NCBI GenBank assembly: GCA_017456285.1
Contig: JAFTJQ010000069.1
Location: 3,380 to 67,379, forward strand
From: Lentisphaeria bacterium
GTDB lineage: Bacteria; Verrucomicrobiota; Lentisphaeria; Victivallales; Victivallaceae
Direction: 5' to 3'
Length of the DNA: 64,000 bases
A program made the translations under genes and the position numbers. Numbering within the stretch: the stretch's first letter is position 1; each line of letters begins with the position of its first letter. The notes beneath the pieces were generated by a model. The model was not told the DNA's origin. It worked only from the letters and a program-made list of their open reading frames with translations, and did no database searches. Positions 25,782-35,694 of this stretch are shown in pieces.

Positions 25782-28577
25782 CTATTTTGTAACAAGTTCA
25801 AATTTAAGCGATTCAAGTTCGACTTTGCCTGCAACTTGAGCTGAACCGTCGCCGAAAGTGATATAACTTTTTTTGCGATGATTTTGAATCGGAACTTTGC
25901 CTGTGCCAATTAATTTACCGTCAAGCCAAACCGCCCCTACCCCCGTAACAGGATCAAATGCCGCCCGATATTCATGGGAAACTTTGCAACTGTCAGGCAC
26001 GATAACTTGACGATTCCACGGGAGCAAAAGTTTATCTTTGCCGTGGCGGACAACCATTACATAATAGTTATCCTTTACTTTGACAGTAACTGCAACCGTG
26101 AAACTCAAATCGCCGACAGTTGATTCTTCAAGTTCCCTGCTCTTCCAAGTAATTACAAACGGGGTATCGAGATTATCCATCCACTTATCGTGAATTAACT
26201 CAAAATGCTGGAAAGTAGCAGGTTTTTTTTGAGAGGTATGATCCAGAATAATTTTATTATCCTCGACACTTAAAAATTCTTTACCGTAGCGGTTGCGGAT
26301 TTTTTTATCAATCGCCAACTTACCGTCTTTGGCTGTAATTTCGGTCAAAACTGTTTTCGGTGCGTCATTAATATTTTTGGCAACTTCGGCTTTACCGTCA
26401 TCAAAGGTAATGGTCAGAGCGAAGTCATCAACTACCACCGCACCATCAGCCACAGTAATATTTTTCCAATCAGAATAACCTACACCCTCTCTTGACAATG
26501 AGCCAAAAAGCACCATATCAGAATCCATCCACGGAGTTGATTGAGAAGCCCCGACTAAATTTTTGCCTTTTTCTTTGGTTGTAGAAATAAACGGAGCAGT
26601 CAAAAGGAGTTGACCGTCAGCTTTGAGGGTAATCTCTTTGCCGTTTGAAGAAACCAAATAGCGGTGAAATTTATCAATGGTATTAAATTCAACGCTCTTA
26701 TCGGCATATTTGAAAGTGATTTTATTTGGTTCAAAAGAAACAACTTCAACCTTGCCACCTGAAACAACTCTCAAAACTGCAGTATCTTTTTCACTATTTT
26801 CGCCATTCTGCATGGTAAAACCGACCGCAAAAGCCCCATTACGCTTCGGCAAAGGATGGCTGAAATTCGGAGAAACAGTATCGCTGTAATCATTAATTCT
26901 GCAAGCACCGTCAGCCATTAATTCTGCTTTTTTGCCGTCATAAGCAAAAAGCCGACGCCAGAACTTCTGATTTTTTCCGCTCAAGTGATAGTTTCCGCGA
27001 TAGATTTCAGTACTTTTGAACATCGGGAATTTAGAATTTTCGTCTAATGAAATTACAAAATCATTATCGCCTTTTTTGAGTAATTCAGCTGGAATTTTTA
27101 CTGAAAAAACTTTATTATCCATGACGGCAGGGAGTTTTTTGCCATTAACGGTCAAGTACAACTTTGCCTCTTCATTGGCTCTGCCGGAAAAGTATGCCAT
27201 AACTTCGGGGTTGCGTTTTTTGACCGCAGGAAGTGTCAAATCATCACCGATAGAGAGATTAAATTTGTAATTCTGCTTGTTGGTGATAAGTTTGGGGTTA
27301 TGCGGTTCCAAATCAGGCAAGTTATTAAAAGTGCTGCCATATCGAACATAGTGATCCGGCTGATAACCGCCAGAACCTCGAACCCGCAAGTAATAGACTT
27401 TATTATGAGTCTGAACTCGTTCAGGATTGGTGGTCATAACTTTTTTGACACCGCTTCCCTCCTTATTAAAAAAATAAACTCCGTCTGCACCGCTTGCTAT
27501 TACCTGACTGATTCGGGCGTAATAAGAGTCATCGCTATTGCGGCTTGCAACGGGAAGATTTTTCTCACGGATTCTTGATTCATCGAGAGAAGCATAAAAT
27601 TTGACATTATATTTTTTTGCCAAATCGACACTGGTTTTCCACGGATTCAACTGGAAGTAACTGCTGGTAATCAGAATATCGGCAAAACCTGATTCCAGCC
27701 ATTTTTCCAAATCAATACCGATTGCACGGCAGTAACCGATTGAATCAGGAACTCTGATTGCAACCAAAACCGGACGATTGCGTTTTTTACCTGCCTCGTC
27801 AATAACGGAGCGAAGTTCCTTTACATAATCGGTCAATAAGTCCAACTGCTTCTGGGTTGCATGTGCCCCCCAGCCGACTGTTTTAAGCAACTGGGCGTGA
27901 CGCATAAAGTCAAATTCGAGACCGTCAGCATCGTATTTTTCAAGGAGTTCCTTAACCGCATTTTTGAGAAGCTGCCGAACTTTCGGGTTTTCATAGTCGT
28001 AGGCAGTCCATGAACCAAATGGCGGTCTTTTTCCGGGAGCAGAACTGCCGAAAATAGCATCAGGGTTATCAAGTTTGAACTTAGTCATCATCCAGTGCGG
28101 TTTTTCAAGTGTACCCACGACATCGTGGGTATCATTGAAACGGATTGAGATAAAAAATTCCTTGTTGTGCTTTCTGCAATGTTCCTCGACAATCGCCAGA
28201 GCAGAAGTACCCATAGCATCTAATTCAGGGGCAATGTGGCGAGTATTCGGCACATGTACTTCCCAAGCCCCCTGAATATCAATAAATTCAACACTGTCAA
28301 GTTTACAGGCATAAGAACACAAACTTGTACTCAAGGCACAATAAGAAATTGTATCAACATCACTATTGATAGTATTATTAATACGACGTGAGAGAAAACT
28401 CTCTTTGGTCAGCTTCATATCTTTTGGGAAATAAGTAATGTCGCAACCGTCAGTATTGTAAATAACAGTGCGTTTACGATTGAGTGCAGCCTGTCTTTTT
28501 GTCTCAAATTCATCGGCAGTTGCAGCAACAACAATAGTTGCCAGCAACAAAAGCGAAAAAAGTTGTTTAATTCTCAT
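25782..28577 (-). CDS. large secreted protein, paralogue of 18201..21446 (GH-like N-terminal region plus jelly-roll/LamG-like repeats)
   Basis: Signal peptide MRIKQLFSLLLLATIVVAATA. Shared blocks as listed for the 1083-aa protein. C-terminus ITFGDGSAQVAGKVELESL. Confidence 0.6.
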   Translation of the reverse strand: MRIKQLFSLLLLATIVVAATADEFETKRQAALNRKRTVIYNTDGCDITYFPKDMKLTKESFLSRRINNTINSDVDTISYCALSTSLCSYACKLDSVEFIDIQGAWEVHVPNTRHIAPELDAMGTSALAIVEEHCRKHNKEFFISIRFNDTHDVVGTLEKPHWMMTKFKLDNPDAIFGSSAPGKRPPFGSWTAYDYENPKVRQLLKNAVKELLEKYDADGLEFDFMRHAQLLKTVGWGAHATQKQLDLLTDYVKELRSVIDEAGKKRNRPVLVAIRVPDSIGYCRAIGIDLEKWLESGFADILITSSYFQLNPWKTSVDLAKKYNVKFYASLDESRIREKNLPVASRNSDDSYYARISQVIASGADGVYFFNKEGSGVKKVMTTNPERVQTHNKVYYLRVRGSGGYQPDHYVRYGSTFNNLPDLEPHNPKLITNKQNYKFNLSIGDDLTLPAVKKRNPEVMAYFSGRANEEAKLYLTVNGKKLPAVMDNKVFSVKIPAELLKKGDNDFVISLDENSKFPMFKSTEIYRGNYHLSGKNQKFWRRLFAYDGKKAELMADGACRINDYSDTVSPNFSHPLPKRNGAFAVGFTMQNGENSEKDTAVLRVVSGGKVEVVSFEPNKITFKYADKSVEFNTIDKFHRYLVSSNGKEITLKADGQLLLTAPFISTTKEKGKNLVGASQSTPWMDSDMVLFGSLSREGVGYSDWKNITVADGAVVVDDFALTITFDDGKAEVAKNINDAPKTVLTEITAKDGKLAIDKKIRNRYGKEFLSVEDNKIILDHTSQKKPATFQHFELIHDKWMDNLDTPFVITWKSRELEESTVGDLSFTVAVTVKVKDNYYVMVVRHGKDKLLLPWNRQVIVPDSCKVSHEYRAAFDPVTGVGAVWLDGKLIGTGKVPIQNHRKKSYITFGDGSAQVAGKVELESLKFELVTK

Positions 28578-28627
28578 AATACTATCCTTTCTGTACTTAA
28601 ATTAACTAAATTAGTTGTCCCAAAATT

Positions 28628-28656
28628 AGTATAATCTATAACTCACAAAAAGTCAA
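28628..28656 (-). promoter_or_regulatory. candidate sigma70-type promoter of the 931-aa gene (inside the IR-bounded cassette)
   Basis: Sense strand TTGACT-N17-TATACT. Confidence 0.45.
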
Positions 28657-28727
28657 TATTCAAAACAAATTTATCAACAAAAAAGTTGTATCATTGTCCT
28701 ACTGCTTCATAATACAACTTCTTTTTT

Positions 28728-28809
28728 TGTGGGGACTCCTGCCCCTCCCACGCAAGGGCAAAAAGCCTTTGCTCAATAGAGATGCGAAAATCAAAAATTT
28801 TCACATCAC
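28728..28809. repeat. inverted-repeat arm B
   Basis: Reverse complement matches 25628-25716 (about three quarters of positions by eye, two small indels). Confidence 0.7.
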
Positions 28810-28822
28810 TTCAAGTTGCTTT

Positions 28823-28855
28823 CAAAAAAAATCCCACTTGAATTTCAAGTGGGAT
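28823..28855 (-). terminator. rho-independent terminator ending the pseudopilin/glycan operon
   Basis: Sense strand ATCCCACTTGA-aat-TCAAGTGGGAT followed by T8. 11-bp perfect stem, 20 nt after the symporter stop codon. Confidence 0.8.
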
Positions 28856-28875
28856 TAGAGGTTTTTGAATGGGTT

Positions 28876-30900
28876 TTACTCGGTTTTTTCGACGAAGCCG
28901 TCGTCATCATCGTCTTCGGGATTATTAGTACGATTTTTTAGCAGAATAAACATTTTTCGCAAGTCCTTAAATGTTCCAAATGTCATCCAAACCGCGGTTA
29001 TAGGTGCCAAAACTGCCTGCAATATCAAGTTAATCCAGAAAAACTCAAACCACCAATCATCTTGCCACATACAGATATAATTCGGGAATAGATACCCCAG
29101 AGCATTCCATGTAGTTATTACCAAAAATGCCAAACCCCAGCCGTACACCCAGCAGGATACACTCAAGGAGATAATTTTATCCCGAAGCGTAAACTCTTCG
29201 TCAAATCCCAAAAATAATCGCTTATACCATGCGATATGTTCCGCACTTTCGGATTTGATTGCCTCCTCGTCCTGGTATTCGCCACGGTGGAGCATTTTCG
29301 CCATATTAAACGGTTTCTTGCAAGTAATAAGAGAAACTACGATAAAGGTTATTTGTGCACAAACGCAATTCATTAGACTCAAATATGCCGAGTTTATCGG
29401 ACACTTATCTGTTGCCGCAAGCAAGGTTGCGTTATTCGGGAAAACTTCAAGCAGCAGCTCTCTGACGACCGCCCACATTCTCGCATCTACCAAGAGAATT
29501 GAACATAATGCCAAAACAATTCCAACTATCGTACCTGCCCAAGCACCCTCTTTAGTTGCTCTTGACCAATAGAGTCCGCCGATAATTGCAATTCCTGCCC
29601 CTGCCCCGAAGATCATACCGGTAAGCATCTGGAACATTTGAATATATTCACTCTGTTGATAGAATACGCTGAATAGAAATGCGAAAATTGCCACCCCTGC
29701 CAATGAACAACGAAGCATCAGCAAATGAACTTTCGGCGACAACTTTTTACCATAAATCGGCATCACAACATCCTGTACGAAAATTGCTCCCCAACTGTGG
29801 ATATAGGTTGTATCGGTTGACAGCATGTAGAAAAACAAAACCGCTGCGACCATTCCCTTGAATCCAATCGGCAGAATGGTTTCAAGTGCTTTCGGCAGCA
29901 TCATCTGATCAATGACCGCAGGTGCGAAGTTACAACTCTCTTTGAGATAAGCAAAAATTTGTGCCGACTCTTCTTTGAATTCGGCATTAATAACGATTAT
30001 CAATCCCCCCAACGCAAAAAGCAGATTAAAAAGATTCAAGGAAATCGTTCTCCAAGTTGAAAGAATATTACCCATTTTCGCTTCGTGCGGAGTAATTGCT
30101 GAACCATTATACCCCTGATTGCCCTGCCAAGAACCGTAAGTGGTAATCAGGAAAAACACATTAATCAGCCAGAAGAAAACATTGAAATCAGAAATTTTGG
30201 CAGTATCAAACGGATTGATAAAACTTTTCCCCGCCTCCTGACTGCATAATGCCTCATGAAACTGTGCCTTGTCAAAAATTACCAGCAGCAGAACGCAGAC
30301 AACCACGCACATCACATAGCAGAAAAGTGCCTGAACTGTGTCAGTAACCATATTTTGAATCTGTCCGCCGATCATTGAGATTAAACATGCTCCCCCTAAA
30401 AAGAAAAATATCAGCAATGGATAGGTCGGTATTCCGCACAAAGTCAAGGGCAGATCCAAAAAGCAGATAAAGAAATTAGAGGCAATCGCCGGGAAAATTC
30501 CATAATTTACCACCCCTGCAAAAAAGCAGACAATTCCCATAAAAATTCGGTATTTTCGTTCATAGCGGATTTCAAAAAACTGTGCCATGGTCAATGCTCT
30601 CGTTTCGCGGTAACGGTAAAAAACATACCCTGACAAGGCCAAAATTGTCATGATAATTACTGTTCCGTGGTGCCACCAATTAATCGCCCAGCCTGCATGG
30701 TAATAGGATTGCGACACCGCCACTACCGTAATAAGTCCAACCCCTGCCATACCATTACCGCTGGTAATGAGATAACGTCCGCCGGTTCGCCCTGCCACCA
30801 GAAAATCTTTAACTGTTTTCACATACTTCTGGGTGTAAAAAACCGTCCCGACAAGCACCAAAATCGGCACAATCAAAATCAACCAATCAATTAAGACCAT
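28876..30900 (-). CDS. sodium:solute symporter (SSF) family transporter with C-terminal extension and acidic tail
   Basis: 674 aa with more than 12 hydrophobic spans. N-terminal region (VAGRTGGRYLITSGNGMAGVGLITVVA) resembles SSF. Tail is NPEDDDDDGFVEKTE. Confidence 0.6.
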   Translation of the reverse strand: MVLIDWLILIVPILVLVGTVFYTQKYVKTVKDFLVAGRTGGRYLITSGNGMAGVGLITVVAVSQSYYHAGWAINWWHHGTVIIMTILALSGYVFYRYRETRALTMAQFFEIRYERKYRIFMGIVCFFAGVVNYGIFPAIASNFFICFLDLPLTLCGIPTYPLLIFFFLGGACLISMIGGQIQNMVTDTVQALFCYVMCVVVCVLLLVIFDKAQFHEALCSQEAGKSFINPFDTAKISDFNVFFWLINVFFLITTYGSWQGNQGYNGSAITPHEAKMGNILSTWRTISLNLFNLLFALGGLIIVINAEFKEESAQIFAYLKESCNFAPAVIDQMMLPKALETILPIGFKGMVAAVLFFYMLSTDTTYIHSWGAIFVQDVVMPIYGKKLSPKVHLLMLRCSLAGVAIFAFLFSVFYQQSEYIQMFQMLTGMIFGAGAGIAIIGGLYWSRATKEGAWAGTIVGIVLALCSILLVDARMWAVVRELLLEVFPNNATLLAATDKCPINSAYLSLMNCVCAQITFIVVSLITCKKPFNMAKMLHRGEYQDEEAIKSESAEHIAWYKRLFLGFDEEFTLRDKIISLSVSCWVYGWGLAFLVITTWNALGYLFPNYICMWQDDWWFEFFWINLILQAVLAPITAVWMTFGTFKDLRKMFILLKNRTNNPEDDDDDGFVEKTE

Positions 30901-30902
30901 TT

Positions 30903-33842
30903 TTATCCTTTCTTTACTTTTATATTTTTAATTGCTGTTTTTTTGATACAATAATTTTCTTGATAATCGGGAGTTCTGCCGCCAGTAAAAACATTCGCAA
31001 CCTTACCGAAAGTTCCCGGAGAAACTGAACCATTTATCAAAATTTCTTTATTCACATGAAATGGTCCCATGAAGTTTCTCAAATTGGAAATAAGTTCAAA
31101 CTCTAACTTATTTTTCCCATTTTTAAGCAGATTTGCCGGGATCTCTATTAAACTCGTATCGTGGTTATCGATGGCGACGAAACTATCATTTACCCAAAGT
31201 TTAGCGGCGTTTAAGTTCTCAAGTTCGAATGCTAAAATTTTGTAATCTTCGGCATTATTTGTGATCTCAAATTGAGTTTCAACTCGCATTTTCCCAGCCC
31301 AAAACGGCAGACTATTCCGGTGTAAATCCTGTAATTTTTGAGTTTTATCAAAATTACAAAGAGTCATTTTTCTATCAGCGATTACACACCTTGCACCGTC
31401 ATCAATATAATTGCACTTGACCCCGAATTTTCCTGCCAGATAAATTTGCTCAATTTCCATATCGAAACTTAATGAATTAACTGCGGTTTCAAAATATTTG
31501 CACTTCTCAAGCTGCTCATAAACTTCTTTACTTTGGTTAAAGACCGTATGGAGAGTGAGAGTATTTTTCCCTTTTTGCAAAAATTTCTCATCCAGTCGGC
31601 ACATCTGCAAACTTTTATCAAAAAGAAAGCCTCCCTTTTGCCACTCAAATTGGTGATTATTGAGTTCAAAAGTGAAAATATCAGGTGTTTCAACGACAAC
31701 ATTAATCTCATTTGACAACTCAAAATCATCATCAATAAAAAATTCAAACTCCAAATCACACTTTGTAGAGTTACCCCTTTTAAGTAATTCCCATTGCACT
31801 ACTGAAATATCATCAGCAATAAACTCGCCGTCATTAATTGAATAACGGACATTATCCAACGGCAAATAATTCTGCGGAACTTCCTTAAAATAGAAATTAT
31901 CAATTTTTATCTCTGACTTATCTCCGACAGTTTTTTTCGCAACTTCCGATTCGATTGAATTTTTATCCGCAAAAACCCAAATTGCCTGCGATGGCAAAAT
32001 TTCCAACTCATTTTCGGCAAAAAACGGCTCTTTCGCTCCAGTAAGTTCATCAATTTGATATAATCTACAATTTTTTTCTTTCGGAAAATGAATACGTCCC
32101 TCAAAACTTCTTTCCTGACTGTGATTAACAATCATATACAAATTACCATTCTCGTAAGCAAAAGAATTTGAGCGAATTTGAGATTTTTCTCCCTCAACTT
32201 CAATAATTCCCTTAATTTCCTCATCTAAAAGGGGTAATGAATTAAACCATGCAATTTCATCCTCGGTACATTCAAGTTCCCCAACTTTTTTCAGCATTCC
32301 ATGTGTCCGATAAATTTTTCCCTCAAATTGCCGCAAAAGTTCATAAGTTCGCTCCTGCAAGCGGTCAATTTTAGGAAGAATTATTGTATCATAACTGAAT
32401 TTACCCAACTTCAAAATTCCATTTTCAATTTCTCCGAAACACTCCAAATGCGGTTCAAAACCGAAGTGAAACGGTACTTGCATATCGCCTAAAAATTCAG
32501 TAATTTTTTCAGTTGATTTGATAAAATTTGCAATTTTTTCCTCATCATTATTGCCATGATAATTTGCCCAAACTGAATTTTGTGCATGAAGCAATAGAGT
32601 TGAAACTTGCTCCTCCCCCTCGGCAATAAATTGATTCGTGCGCGAAAACTCGTCATTCAAACTTTTTAATTCCGCAAAATACGGTACATGCACACCGAAT
32701 GACGGCGGATAATCACGCTTGCGTAACCCCCTTAAGCTATATGCGAAAAGGTGGTGGCAAAGAAAATTCACCCCGTGAACTTGCAAAATATGATAATAAT
32801 AACGCATATTATCGAAACTCAAATCCCAGCCCAGACACGCAAAAACTTCGACCATTCGCCGACTTATACCGAATTGTGCCGCCACACTCGTCATCTGACG
32901 AATCAGAAAAGCATTGGGTGCAATCCGCCCCAAATGGTCAATCCCCGCAATATCGAAATATGGATAGTGAAATGAAACCGCTCCGCTGCTGTAACACTGC
33001 TCGGCATAATTAATTTCCTGCACCATGTGTCCGGTGAGAATCCAATTATGTTCTCTGCACCAATTGTGAATTTTTTTGGTATAATTTTCGGCAAAAAGTT
33101 CGCCTGCAAGTTTATAATATTTGCTTCTGAACTCTTCACACCCCTCAAAATCATACCACAACTTAATTAAATTATCGAAAAGATTTTCACCGTATTTTTT
33201 CTGAAACTCATCGGCATAATATTTTGAATAAAATGCCCTGCCGATAACAATTTGCGGTTCATCAGTAAATATTCCCTTAATATTTTTTCTGATATTTTCG
33301 GGTAAATTATCGTAATAATATTGATGGGTATTTTGGATAAATTGAGTAGTTGCTTCGCTATTAAAAATATCGACATAGCATGGATTAACTTCATAAGCAA
33401 CAATATAACAATTCTGTGTATCACTTGAAATATCCACCCTTTTGCCGTCTTTTTTGCGGTAAACTGCGACAATTTTTGAAAAATCCCCCTCGAATTTATC
33501 CTCGTAAACGCTCAAAAACTTCTGCTGAAAATCTTCTCCGAGACCATTTACACGCCCATCAGCATAACCGCTCGGCCAGCCGTTTTCATCATACAGATAA
33601 GCATCCATGCCAAATTCAGCGGCCTCATCGACGCAAGCAGAAACACACTCTAAATATTCCTTGCTCATATATGGAGTTTGCAAACCACCCCTTGCGTGCA
33701 TGAAAAAACCGCCGAATCCTGCTTCATGCATTGAACGGATTTGAGATCGTAATTCATCCGCCGACAAGCGGTCATTCCAACTCCAAAAAGGAATCGGTCT
33801 CATCGAATTATCAATAGCTTTATCAGGGGTAAATAATTTCAT
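30903..33842 (-). CDS. large cytoplasmic glycoside-hydrolase-like protein (GH106-like / jelly-roll domain family; family uncertain)
   Basis: N-terminus MRPIPFWSWNDRLSADELRSQIRSMHEAGFGGFFMHARGGLQTPY is the recurrent start of this GH-like family. No signal peptide. Confidence 0.45.
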   Translation of the reverse strand: MKLFTPDKAIDNSMRPIPFWSWNDRLSADELRSQIRSMHEAGFGGFFMHARGGLQTPYMSKEYLECVSACVDEAAEFGMDAYLYDENGWPSGYADGRVNGLGEDFQQKFLSVYEDKFEGDFSKIVAVYRKKDGKRVDISSDTQNCYIVAYEVNPCYVDIFNSEATTQFIQNTHQYYYDNLPENIRKNIKGIFTDEPQIVIGRAFYSKYYADEFQKKYGENLFDNLIKLWYDFEGCEEFRSKYYKLAGELFAENYTKKIHNWCREHNWILTGHMVQEINYAEQCYSSGAVSFHYPYFDIAGIDHLGRIAPNAFLIRQMTSVAAQFGISRRMVEVFACLGWDLSFDNMRYYYHILQVHGVNFLCHHLFAYSLRGLRKRDYPPSFGVHVPYFAELKSLNDEFSRTNQFIAEGEEQVSTLLLHAQNSVWANYHGNNDEEKIANFIKSTEKITEFLGDMQVPFHFGFEPHLECFGEIENGILKLGKFSYDTIILPKIDRLQERTYELLRQFEGKIYRTHGMLKKVGELECTEDEIAWFNSLPLLDEEIKGIIEVEGEKSQIRSNSFAYENGNLYMIVNHSQERSFEGRIHFPKEKNCRLYQIDELTGAKEPFFAENELEILPSQAIWVFADKNSIESEVAKKTVGDKSEIKIDNFYFKEVPQNYLPLDNVRYSINDGEFIADDISVVQWELLKRGNSTKCDLEFEFFIDDDFELSNEINVVVETPDIFTFELNNHQFEWQKGGFLFDKSLQMCRLDEKFLQKGKNTLTLHTVFNQSKEVYEQLEKCKYFETAVNSLSFDMEIEQIYLAGKFGVKCNYIDDGARCVIADRKMTLCNFDKTQKLQDLHRNSLPFWAGKMRVETQFEITNNAEDYKILAFELENLNAAKLWVNDSFVAIDNHDTSLIEIPANLLKNGKNKLEFELISNLRNFMGPFHVNKEILINGSVSPGTFGKVANVFTGGRTPDYQENYCIKKTAIKNIKVKKG

Positions 33843-35689
33843 TATCTCTCCTGCAATCTAATTTCATGTGAAGTAAGAACTTCCCCATTTTCAAGGACGA
33901 TACTTACACGAATTAAGTTTTTCAATTTCTCGACATGGAGCATACTGAATTCAATATCGCTTTTGAATGGACCGTCATTACACACTACGGCAAAAGGCAG
34001 TTTTTCCGCTTCGGTACATTTTTTATCACTGCCGAAAAGCTGTGCCTGATTTGAATTTGCAGGGGTAATCGAAGCAATATGGGTGTGCCCTGCAAGAAGT
34101 AAATCGGCTTCAGCAAGCGGTTTTTCGCCGATAAAAACGCCATCTAAAATCATTTTTACTCTCTGACTGTATCGGGCTTTGGGGGCAATTATCGGCATGT
34201 GACTTAAAATCACACATGCTTCGGCACTTCGGAAACTCTCACTTTTAACCAACTCTCTCAAATACAAATTCTGCTCTTTCGCAAGTTCAATCATCTCTGC
34301 AAAGGGCCGATCATCTCCGCAATCAATCACCACAAAAATCACCTCTCCATAACGGAATGAATAGTAACTTTTGCCGCTTCTATGCGGATAGACTTCAAAG
34401 AAACTCAACGGCGAATACCCGTAAGTCTCATGGTTGCCGCGAATGTGGAATATCGGTCGATTTTTGGCAAAATCAGCTTGATTTTTGACAAGACAACTGT
34501 AAAAATCATTTTGAAAATCGGCATAATCAATCATATCTCCTAAATTTACTGCAAAATCGGCAGATTGGGTTTGAGGTAAATTCATAAACTCCCGGAGTTT
34601 ACCGCCAAAACTATGGAAATCAGTAAAAAGCACAAATGAAAACTCTTTTTTATCCCTTTCAGGCACTGAAAAACTTTGCCAATTATCCTCGTAATTTTTC
34701 CAACTTTCACTCCCGTAATCAAAAGTTTGAACTTGATATTCGTAACTTTTCCCGGCTTGCAAATTGGTCAAAACTGCATGATGTCGAGTGTAAACACCTG
34801 CCGAAGCACCATGGGCAAGATTGCTTTTGACCGTGAAAATTTTGTTGCTTCCCTTTTCACGATAGAGCACTCTGCCCCAAACTTGATGAAAAGTTTTCCA
34901 ACTGACTGTTACTTGATTTTCGCCCATATCGTGCAAATAAGGGGGGTATTCAATCGCCCAAATCGGGGCAGAATATTTTTCACAAAGTTGCTCGTACTCA
35001 CTGCGATTTAACTTTTTATCGCAGAAAAGAGCAAATTTAGCACTTGCTGCCGAATTGTAATCGCCTAAAATAAGTTCTCCGAAGCGTTCAATTCCCTTAA
35101 ATCTGCTTCCGACCTGCGACCAGACGAGTTGTTTTTTCTCATTTTTTTTGTAACAGCCGATATTGAATTGAGTTGTGTGATTGACAAACTTCAACTTATC
35201 AAGCGGAATTTTAAACTCCAGCGAATAAAAGTTATCGCCGATACTGCTTGCAACTTCCCATGAAGTTAAATCATAATCAGAAGCAAACTTTATCCCTGCG
35301 GGATTTGAGGCAACTTGATAACGGTAATCATTATCAAGCACCAATGAACCGAAGAAAATTTCAACCACATCGCCAGCCCACAAGTTTTTATTATCAGCAG
35401 AACTGCAAATGTCAGCATTTTTTTCAAAAACTTTTACGGCAACATAGAGAAACTTGCCGTCTGTAAGCACCCTTGCTTCGCCCTTTTCAGGGGTAAATTC
35501 TTTTGCTCCATGGAGCAGAAAGTCGCTAATTACTTCCGCTTGACTCCACGCACTTTCAGTAATTTTCCCATCAAGGACAATATCGGCATTTTTCAAATAA
35601 ACTGCCGCAATACTTTTCCCCTGCAAAGATACTCCGCAAAGTGTAATTACACTAAAAAAAGTTATCAAAAAAAATTGCTTTAACATCAT
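33842..35689 (-). CDS. secreted CBM9-like domain plus purple-acid-phosphatase-like metallophosphoesterase
   Basis: Signal peptide. VLDGKITESAWSQAE (CBM9/DOMON-like). FSFVLFTDFH, NLGDMIDY, IRGNHE and LAGHTH metallophosphoesterase blocks. Overlaps the next gene by 1 nt (TAATG). Confidence 0.6.
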   Translation of the reverse strand: MMLKQFFLITFFSVITLCGVSLQGKSIAAVYLKNADIVLDGKITESAWSQAEVISDFLLHGAKEFTPEKGEARVLTDGKFLYVAVKVFEKNADICSSADNKNLWAGDVVEIFFGSLVLDNDYRYQVASNPAGIKFASDYDLTSWEVASSIGDNFYSLEFKIPLDKLKFVNHTTQFNIGCYKKNEKKQLVWSQVGSRFKGIERFGELILGDYNSAASAKFALFCDKKLNRSEYEQLCEKYSAPIWAIEYPPYLHDMGENQVTVSWKTFHQVWGRVLYREKGSNKIFTVKSNLAHGASAGVYTRHHAVLTNLQAGKSYEYQVQTFDYGSESWKNYEDNWQSFSVPERDKKEFSFVLFTDFHSFGGKLREFMNLPQTQSADFAVNLGDMIDYADFQNDFYSCLVKNQADFAKNRPIFHIRGNHETYGYSPLSFFEVYPHRSGKSYYSFRYGEVIFVVIDCGDDRPFAEMIELAKEQNLYLRELVKSESFRSAEACVILSHMPIIAPKARYSQRVKMILDGVFIGEKPLAEADLLLAGHTHIASITPANSNQAQLFGSDKKCTEAEKLPFAVVCNDGPFKSDIEFSMLHVEKLKNLIRVSIVLENGEVLTSHEIRLQER

Positions 35690-35694
35690 TAATT

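Noticed and set aside
25628-28809. The inverted repeats acting as an invertible promoter (phase-variation) switch
   Set aside because: The promoter (28628-28656) lies inside the repeats together with the whole gene, so inversion would not uncouple promoter from gene. No invertase or recombinase gene is nearby. The arms are only about three-quarters identical.
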